A DNA stretch of 49,437 nt. Source: Nitrospinota bacterium (lineage in GTDB: Bacteria > UBA8248). The DNA lies in contig VXPH01000185.1 of the NCBI GenBank assembly GCA_009839615.1, positions 1-49,437 of the forward strand, written 5' to 3'. How positions within the stretch are numbered: position 1 is the stretch's first letter; each line of letters opens with the position of its first letter. Shown here one piece after another: positions 43,743-49,437 of this stretch. A model generated the notes under the pieces. The model saw only the letters and a list, made by a program, of their open reading frames with translations. It did no database searches and had not been told where the DNA came from. The position numbers were made by a program, and so were the translations under genes.

Positions 43743-44792
43743 TTATCTCCCGGACAAGGGCGCCACGCCCACCTCCGCTGCTATCCGCTCCAGATCCTGC
43801 GCGAGCGCTTCTTTGATCGTGATGCCCTCGGTCAGTGCGGCCTGGTACCTGCGGTGAGCGCCTTCGCCCGGGATGCGGATTTCATCGAAGCCGGGTGCGA
43901 GCCCCGACGCCTTGATGCGCGTCACGGCCTCATCCACCGCCGCCTTGTAGTCGCCGCCCAGGCATCTCTCCGGGTCAATCGCCATGGCGAACATCGGCAG
44001 GCCGAAGGGTTTGTCCGTCTCCAGCCAGTCGGGCTGGTCGGCGTCGAAGCCGTTGCCCGAAAGCGCGCCCGTCAGGAAGGTGAACATGAGCGCCAGTCCG
44101 TACCCCTTGTAATCACCCAGGGGCAGCATCGTTCCCTGGGCGGCGAGGGCGGCGTCCGTGGTCGGGTTGCCCGCAGGGTCGAGCGCCCAGCCCTCGGGAA
44201 TCGGCTCTCCCGTCCTGGCGGCGAGGAGCACGTAGCCTCTCGCCACCTTGGACGTGGCGATGTCGAAGAGTATGGGATATTCCTGGTTCGAGGGCACCGC
44301 GAAGGCGACCGGGTTGTTCCCGATCATTCGCTCGAAACCGCCCCACGGCGCGAGGTTTCCCACCGCACCGCTGATGACCATGCCGATCATGCCGTGCTCG
44401 AGCGCCATCGCGGCGAAATAGCCGATGTGGCCCGTATGGGAGGATTTGCGGATCGCAGCAGCGCCGATGCCGCCGTCTTTCGCCTTTTCGATGGCGACCT
44501 CCATGGCGCGCCGCGCGACGACGGCGCTCATGCCGTAGTCCCCATCCAGCAGAGAAAAAGCGGGCAGATCTGTGATGGTTCGCACGTGAGGTCTCGGGTT
44601 CGCCGTCCCGCTTTTCAGGCGTTCCACAAAAACCCCGAAACGGACGCACCCGTGTGAGCTTACGCCCCTGAGTTCGGCGTCCACAATCTGGGCTGCGCAC
44701 GCATTGGCGTCCGCCTCGGGCAAGCCGAGAGCCTGGTAGACGCGCGCGAGATAGGCGTGCAGGTCTTTCGCGTGAACCTTGATGTCCGGCAT
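43743..44792 (-). CDS. Ldh_2 family dehydrogenase, copy 2
   Basis: AELRGVSSHG, DGDYGM, SSHTG, GNNPVAF, DIATS.VARG, IPEGWALD..GNPTTD, YKGYGL, IPGE; GGGGAG RBS before ATG 44792. Confidence 0.92.
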   Translation of the reverse strand: MPDIKVHAKDLHAYLARVYQALGLPEADANACAAQIVDAELRGVSSHGCVRFGVFVERLKSGTANPRPHVRTITDLPAFSLLDGDYGMSAVVARRAMEVAIEKAKDGGIGAAAIRKSSHTGHIGYFAAMALEHGMIGMVISGAVGNLAPWGGFERMIGNNPVAFAVPSNQEYPILFDIATSKVARGYVLLAARTGEPIPEGWALDPAGNPTTDAALAAQGTMLPLGDYKGYGLALMFTFLTGALSGNGFDADQPDWLETDKPFGLPMFAMAIDPERCLGGDYKAAVDEAVTRIKASGLAPGFDEIRIPGEGAHRRYQAALTEGITIKEALAQDLERIAAEVGVAPLSGR

Positions 44793-44919
44793 GTTTTCTC
44801 CCCGCACGGGCTGGAAGGCCGCGCGCAAACAAATCCCCGGTCTCGTCTTGGCGGATGGGGAAAAGAGTGTTAAGAGCTATTGCGGTGAGTTTGCCTTTAC
44901 AAGTGGAGGGTTCGCAAGC

Positions 44920-46008
44920 ATGAAAGCGTGGCGTTTCTACGCCTTTGGCGATATGCGATTGGATGAAGTGCCGGACCCTGACGTGAAGCCGGGTTGGGCC
45001 GTGTGCAAGGTGCGGCGGGTGCAGCCGAGCATCACCGACGTGCAGAGGTCTTTGGGAATCGGGACCATCAATTCGGCGCTTTTGAGGGAAATGCTCGAAA
45101 AGCACGCGCCCGTCCAGTTGCTGGGGCACGAGATGAGCGCCGAAGTCGTCGAGGTGGGCGATGGCGTCGAGCATCTCAAGCCGGGTGACAGGGTGTGCAC
45201 CTCGGGTCACGTTCCGTGTCTTGCGTGCAGTTTCTGCCGCGAGGGTCGGGAGATGTACTGCGTCGACAAGCTGCACGTGGGCATCAACACGCCGGGCGCG
45301 TTCGCCGAATACATCTCGCTACCGGCGCACGGCCTCGTGAGGCCGCCCCAGACGCTGGACGATTCCTCCATCGCATGTCTCCAGCCGCTCTCCTCCACGG
45401 TCGCCGCCATGCGCGACGCGAAGGTACAGCCGGGCGAGACGGTGGCCATCACCGGCCAGGGCGTGATGGGCCTCTACGCGTTGCAGGCCGCGCGCACCTG
45501 CGGGGCGGGTGCCGTCTACGTGAGCGACGTGAAGGATGAAGCCCTCGCCTTGAGCCGTAAGTTCGGGGCGGATGAGGTCATCGACGCGAGAGCCGACGAC
45601 CCCGTCGAGAGAGTGATGGGGATAATGGAGGGCAGGGGCGTCGACCTCGTATTCGAGTGCGCCGGCGGCAACGCGGATCAGGGCCTCTCGGGCCACACCA
45701 CGCTTCACCAGGCGACGCGCATGGTGCGCATCGGCGGGCGCGTCATCCAGATAGCGGGTTTGATCGGAGACGTGAAATTCGACCCGGTCTTCATGCGCGC
45801 ACAGGGGGTACAGTGGGTTTTCCCCGAGGGTCATGGCGCGGACACCGTGGCCCTCGGTGGCAAGTGGGTGGCCAGCGGAAGGATAGACGTGAACTCTCTG
45901 ATCACCCACGAGGAGCACGGGATCGAAAACCTGCCCCGCGTGATGGAGATCACCGACAAGAAGGCCGAATACCGGGCCACGAATCCTTGCCAGCTCGTGC
46001 TGGCTTAA
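44920..46008 (+). CDS. Zn-binding medium-chain dehydrogenase (MDR) with atypical catalytic ligands
   Basis: GHE, GDRV, structural Zn CLACSFC....C, GAFAEY, GQGVMG, FECAG; QPSITD replaces GxCxxD; GGAGG RBS. Confidence 0.85.
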   Translation: MKAWRFYAFGDMRLDEVPDPDVKPGWAVCKVRRVQPSITDVQRSLGIGTINSALLREMLEKHAPVQLLGHEMSAEVVEVGDGVEHLKPGDRVCTSGHVPCLACSFCREGREMYCVDKLHVGINTPGAFAEYISLPAHGLVRPPQTLDDSSIACLQPLSSTVAAMRDAKVQPGETVAITGQGVMGLYALQAARTCGAGAVYVSDVKDEALALSRKFGADEVIDARADDPVERVMGIMEGRGVDLVFECAGGNADQGLSGHTTLHQATRMVRIGGRVIQIAGLIGDVKFDPVFMRAQGVQWVFPEGHGADTVALGGKWVASGRIDVNSLITHEEHGIENLPRVMEITDKKAEYRATNPCQLVLA

Positions 46009-46055
46009 GCAGCAACATTTCATCGTTATATTCATGATTTTCTAAGGAGAAAAAG

Positions 46056-46844
46056 ATGGATCTTGGTCTGACGGGAAAGATTGCGATCGTAACGGGAGCG
46101 AGCCGGGGCATCGGCAGGGAATGCGCGATTGCGCTGGCGAGAGAGGGCGCTCGCGTGTGTGTCACGGCGCGCGATGAGGGACTTTTGGCTACAGCGGTGG
46201 AAGATGTAAACGCCGCAGGCGGTGAGGGTATGTCCGTCTCCTCCGATCTGAATTCTCTTGATGGCTGCCAGAAGGTGGTCGATGCGTGCGTCGCGAATTT
46301 CGGCGGCGTGGACATCCTCATCAACAGCGCGGGCGCGGCGCGGGGCGGAGACATACTTGAACTCGACGCGGAGTTCATCACCGAAGCGCTTACGCTCAAG
46401 ACCTATGGATATCTGCGCATGTCGCAGTTGGTGATTCCCCACATGAAGAAAAACGGCTGGGGCCGCATCGTGAACATCGCGGGCGGAGCGGGCGCGAGTC
46501 CCGCGCGGGGGAACATCCCCACCAGTGCGGCGAACATCACGGTGCTCAACAACACGAGAGCGCTCTCGGACGCCGTGGCAGGGGAGGGGATTCAGGTGAA
46601 CACTCTGTGCCCCGGCATGACGAACACCCAGCGCGCGCGCGACCTCATGCAAGGGCCTGCGGAGAAGGCGGGCAAGGACGTGGAGGAATTCTTGAAAGAA
46701 GTCGGCGCGCGGACGCCCGCCGGCAGAATCGCCGAGCCTGAGGAGGTGGCGAACGTCGCGACGTTCCTGGCCTCCGCCGCGTGTTCTTATGTGAACGGCA
46801 GTTCCCTCTACATGGACGGCGGCGGCCGCAGAGCGACCCCGTAA
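46056..46844 (+). CDS. Atypical SDR oxidoreductase
   Basis: TGASRGIG, NSAG, GRIVNI, VNTLCPG, GRIAEPEEVA, DGG; TSAAN in place of YxxxK. Confidence 0.85.
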   Translation: MDLGLTGKIAIVTGASRGIGRECAIALAREGARVCVTARDEGLLATAVEDVNAAGGEGMSVSSDLNSLDGCQKVVDACVANFGGVDILINSAGAARGGDILELDAEFITEALTLKTYGYLRMSQLVIPHMKKNGWGRIVNIAGGAGASPARGNIPTSAANITVLNNTRALSDAVAGEGIQVNTLCPGMTNTQRARDLMQGPAEKAGKDVEEFLKEVGARTPAGRIAEPEEVANVATFLASAACSYVNGSSLYMDGGGRRATP

Positions 46845-46864
46845 ATTGTAACTGACGCGTTTTC

Positions 46865-46909
46865 TCCTCCGGGCGGGCCCTGCAGCCGGCCCGGAGGATT
46901 TTTCTTTTG
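46865..46909 (+). terminator. Intrinsic terminator-like hairpin between the SDR and OYE genes
   Basis: TCCTCCGGGC...GCCCGGAGGA stem followed by TTTTTCTTTT. Confidence 0.7.
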
Positions 46910-46929
46910 TTTTCTAAGGATAAAACAAG

Positions 46930-48003
46930 ATGGCGAAACTCTTCGATGAATTCTCTTTGCGGGGCGTCACGCTCAGGAACCGGATTTGCGTGTCCCCCAT
47001 GTGCCAGTACAGCGCGGATGACGGCAAGCTCACCGACTGGCACCTCGTGCACCTGGGCGCACGCGCGGTCGGCGGGGCGGGGCTGGTGATGGTCGAGATG
47101 ACGAACGTGGAGGCTCGCGGGCGCATCACGCGGGGATGCTCGGGCATCTGGTCGGATGAGCACGTCGAGCCGCTGGCGAGGGTCGCGCGTTTCGTCTTCG
47201 GTCAAGGGGCCGTCGCCGGAATTCAGATAGGGCACGCGGGCCGCAAGGGCAGTTGCGCGCCCACCTGGGAGGGCGGAGGCTATCTCTCCAACGAGGAGGG
47301 CGGCTGGGAGATCGTGGCGCCCAGCGCAGTGCCGTTTCATGATAAGGCGCGCGTCCCCAAAGCGTTGAGCGTCGGGGAGATCGTCGAGATTCAGGAGGCG
47401 TTCCGCCAGGGCGCGAGACGCGCCGACGAGGCGGGTTTCGGGTGGCTCGAAATCCACGGCGCGCACGGGTATCTCTTCCACAGTTTCCATTCTCCGGTTT
47501 CGAACCAAAGAAAGGACAACTACGGCGGCAGTTTCGAGAACCGCATCCGCTTCACGGTGGAGACGGTCCGGATTGTGAGGGAGCAATGGCCGGAGGGTAA
47601 GCCGCTCGCCATCCGTCTCTCGTGCACGGACTATTACGAGGGTGGCTGGACGCTCGATGAAACGATAGAACTCGCCGAAATCCTGAAAACCGAAGGGGTC
47701 GACCTCATCGATTGCAGCGGGGGCGGGGGAACGCCGCTGGCGAAGATTCCGGTGGGGCCGGGCTATCAGGTGCCGCTATCACAGGCCGTGCGTAAAGGAG
47801 CCGGAATTCCCACCGCCACCGTGGGCATGATCACCCAGGCGTGGCAGGCGGATCAGATTGTCCGAAACGGCGAGGCCGACATCGTTTTCATGGCGCGCGA
47901 GATGCTGCGCGAACCCTACTGGCCGCAAAAGGCGGCCGCCGCGCTAGGGGTGATGGATGAGGCCTATGTCGCCGACCAGTATCACCGCGCCCACGGGAGG
48001 TGA
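46930..48003 (+). CDS. NADH:flavin oxidoreductase / old yellow enzyme (YqjM/NamA-like)
   Basis: RNRICVSPMCQYS, GGAGLV, IQIGHAGRK, EIHGAHGYL, NQRKDNYGGSFENR, GPGYQVP, AREMLREPYW, QY.R. Confidence 0.93.
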   Translation: MAKLFDEFSLRGVTLRNRICVSPMCQYSADDGKLTDWHLVHLGARAVGGAGLVMVEMTNVEARGRITRGCSGIWSDEHVEPLARVARFVFGQGAVAGIQIGHAGRKGSCAPTWEGGGYLSNEEGGWEIVAPSAVPFHDKARVPKALSVGEIVEIQEAFRQGARRADEAGFGWLEIHGAHGYLFHSFHSPVSNQRKDNYGGSFENRIRFTVETVRIVREQWPEGKPLAIRLSCTDYYEGGWTLDETIELAEILKTEGVDLIDCSGGGGTPLAKIPVGPGYQVPLSQAVRKGAGIPTATVGMITQAWQADQIVRNGEADIVFMAREMLREPYWPQKAAAALGVMDEAYVADQYHRAHGR

Positions 48004-48062
48004 CGCTCAAATCGCCGCTCATCGAGATTTCTACCGCGCCTGTTGATTGCCTCGCGCAAACG

Positions 48063-48092
48063 TTGACACGGAACAAAGGCCCATGTTGTAAT
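48063..48092 (+). promoter_or_regulatory. Possible sigma70 promoter of the binding-protein gene
   Basis: TTGACA-18 nt-TGTAAT with a TG extended -10. Confidence 0.5.
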
Positions 48093-48148
48093 TTTCGCAC
48101 TCTCAAACAGTAGAATTCTGAATCCATATCCACACGGGAGAAAAGTCG

Positions 48149-49333
48149 ATGAACCACATTTTCTCGCGCGTTTTGAAACGCGCTACTTTCTGGGTTGCGC
48201 TCATCGTAGCGATTGGCTTGTCGGGCGGCCCGCTCGTTGGTGACGCACCTGCGGCCAAGAAGAAACCGCTTCGCTTCGGGGTTGCGGATCCGTTGACCGG
48301 GCCCGCCGCGATTTTCGGCAAGGATCAGATGCAGGCGGTCCGCTGGGCGGTCGAGGACATCAACGCCAAGGGCGGCGTCAACGGCCATCCGCTCGAAGCC
48401 ATCATTCTGGATCACCAGGCGAAGCCCGAAGTCGGTATCGCAGTGGTGAACCGTTTCGTCCATGTGGAGAAGGTGCCCGTATACATCACCGCGTTCAGCA
48501 ACGTGGTCAAGGCGGTCGCGCCCATCGCCAACCGCGAGAAGGTGCTGATGCTCAGCGTAGGCGCAAATGCGCCGGCCATCGCGCGGCTGGGCGATTACGT
48601 CTATACGACTTTCCCGCTGGCCGACGTGGACATGAACGCGCTCGGTAAATACGCTTATCAGAAGATGGGCAAGCGCCGCGCAGCCGTGTTGCACGTGAAC
48701 CACGAGACGGGCAGGGACGGCGCCAAGGTCTTCAGTGAGAGCTTCAAGAGGGCTGGCGGCAAAATCGTTGTTTACGAGTCCTATGAGCAGGAGCGTTCGG
48801 ACTTCACCGGCCTGGTGCTCAAGGTGAAGGCGGCGAATCCCGACATCATCCACATCCACAGCGTAATCCGCGATTTCACGGCCGTCGTCGCGCAGATGCG
48901 CCAGCTTGGCGTGAAGACCCAGATCACCAGCTACCAGACGGCTTTCAACCCCAAGATGATCCAGCAGTTGGGCAAGGGTGCGGAGGGCATCATCGTGACC
49001 GCGCTGGCTCCCAGCGTGGAGGACAACAAGAACCTGCCCGCCTATATCGAGCGCTGGAAGAAGGCGTACAAGCGCATGCCCATCGGGCTGCCCTATACGC
49101 AGTATTTCTACGATGCGCCCTACATCGTGGCGGCGCTCTACAAGTGGGTGCTGGACAAGAAGCTGCCGATCACCGGCGAGAACATGCGCAAGGCGCTGGT
49201 GGCCATAAAGACGTTCGAGCAGCCTTTGACCAATACGGTGACCATCAACGACGATCACACCGTCAAGAAGCCGGTCTATTTCTGGCAGGTCAAGGGCGGC
49301 AAATTCACGCTTATCGGCTCCCAGAAGGATTAG
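48149..49333 (+). CDS. LivJ/LivK-family (HAAT) ABC substrate-binding protein
   Basis: Signal peptide; PLTGPAAIFG, AVEDINAKGGVNG, DHQAKPE, DFT...KVKAANPD, YDA. Confidence 0.9.
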   Translation: MNHIFSRVLKRATFWVALIVAIGLSGGPLVGDAPAAKKKPLRFGVADPLTGPAAIFGKDQMQAVRWAVEDINAKGGVNGHPLEAIILDHQAKPEVGIAVVNRFVHVEKVPVYITAFSNVVKAVAPIANREKVLMLSVGANAPAIARLGDYVYTTFPLADVDMNALGKYAYQKMGKRRAAVLHVNHETGRDGAKVFSESFKRAGGKIVVYESYEQERSDFTGLVLKVKAANPDIIHIHSVIRDFTAVVAQMRQLGVKTQITSYQTAFNPKMIQQLGKGAEGIIVTALAPSVEDNKNLPAYIERWKKAYKRMPIGLPYTQYFYDAPYIVAALYKWVLDKKLPITGENMRKALVAIKTFEQPLTNTVTINDDHTVKKPVYFWQVKGGKFTLIGSQKD

Positions 49334-49349
49334 TTCCGTATGTTTCCTC

Positions 49350-49437
49350 TGCGTGGGGGGGGCCGCGGGGGCGGCGCCCCGGGGGGTTTGGGGGGGGTGG
49401 GGGGGAAAAAAGGGGGGGGGGGGGGGTGTGGGGGGGG
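49350..49437. other. G-run low-complexity tail, probable sequencing/assembly artefact
   Basis: Long G homopolymers at the very end of the window, no reading frame. Confidence 0.6.

Noticed and set aside
49350-49437. G-quadruplex or functional G-rich repeat
   Set aside because: Irregular G homopolymers at the extreme end are typical of low-quality or two-colour-chemistry read tails
1-49437. CRISPR array, tRNA/rRNA, integrase, transposase or prophage
   Set aside because: No regularly spaced direct repeats, no cloverleaf or rRNA signatures, and no recombinase or phage motifs recognised by eye

Overview
This is a 49.4 kb, GC-rich, gene-dense bacterial chromosomal segment. I saw no rRNA, tRNA, CRISPR array, prophage or transposase. 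The lineage cannot be fixed from the sequence; the respiratory genes resemble the Nitrospinota/Planctomycetota/Acidobacteriota-type split cytochrome bc complex (inference). Main blocks: (1) housekeeping genes (YheT-like hydrolase, ddl, isochorismatase-family hydrolase, D-2-hydroxyacid dehydrogenase, rel/spoT, nfi) plus a higBA toxin-antitoxin pair and REP-like palindromes. (2) A Rieske/cytochrome b6/subunit IV operon with an unannotated 35-aa membrane ORF. Its probable partners are scattered nearby: a 55-aa 'KPDNIPI' membrane peptide, a 4x[4Fe-4S] ferredoxin and an octaheme cytochrome c with its own near-consensus promoter. (3) The best candidate for an undescribed system: a leftward cluster of two different ATP-grasp ligases, a DUF1611 P-loop protein and an NTT-HEAT-cNMP transporter, transcribed divergently from an ATPase-less peptide ABC importer (dppC-dppA-dppB) coupled to an HDAC-family deacylase. 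(4) A TetR-protease-copA-copZ copper operon. (5) Flavin reductase/SDR/hydrolase genes, an unannotated Flp-pilin-like micro-ORF, a DUF3090-SCO1664 kinase-like pair and a repeat lipoprotein. (6) A catabolic cluster with two Ldh_2 dehydrogenases, a split UxaA/SuyAB-type lyase, an IMPase, atypical MDR and SDR dehydrogenases, an old yellow enzyme and a LivJ-type binding protein. The last ~90 nt are G-run low complexity and probably an assembly artefact. All family calls come from motif recognition by eye; no database searches were run.
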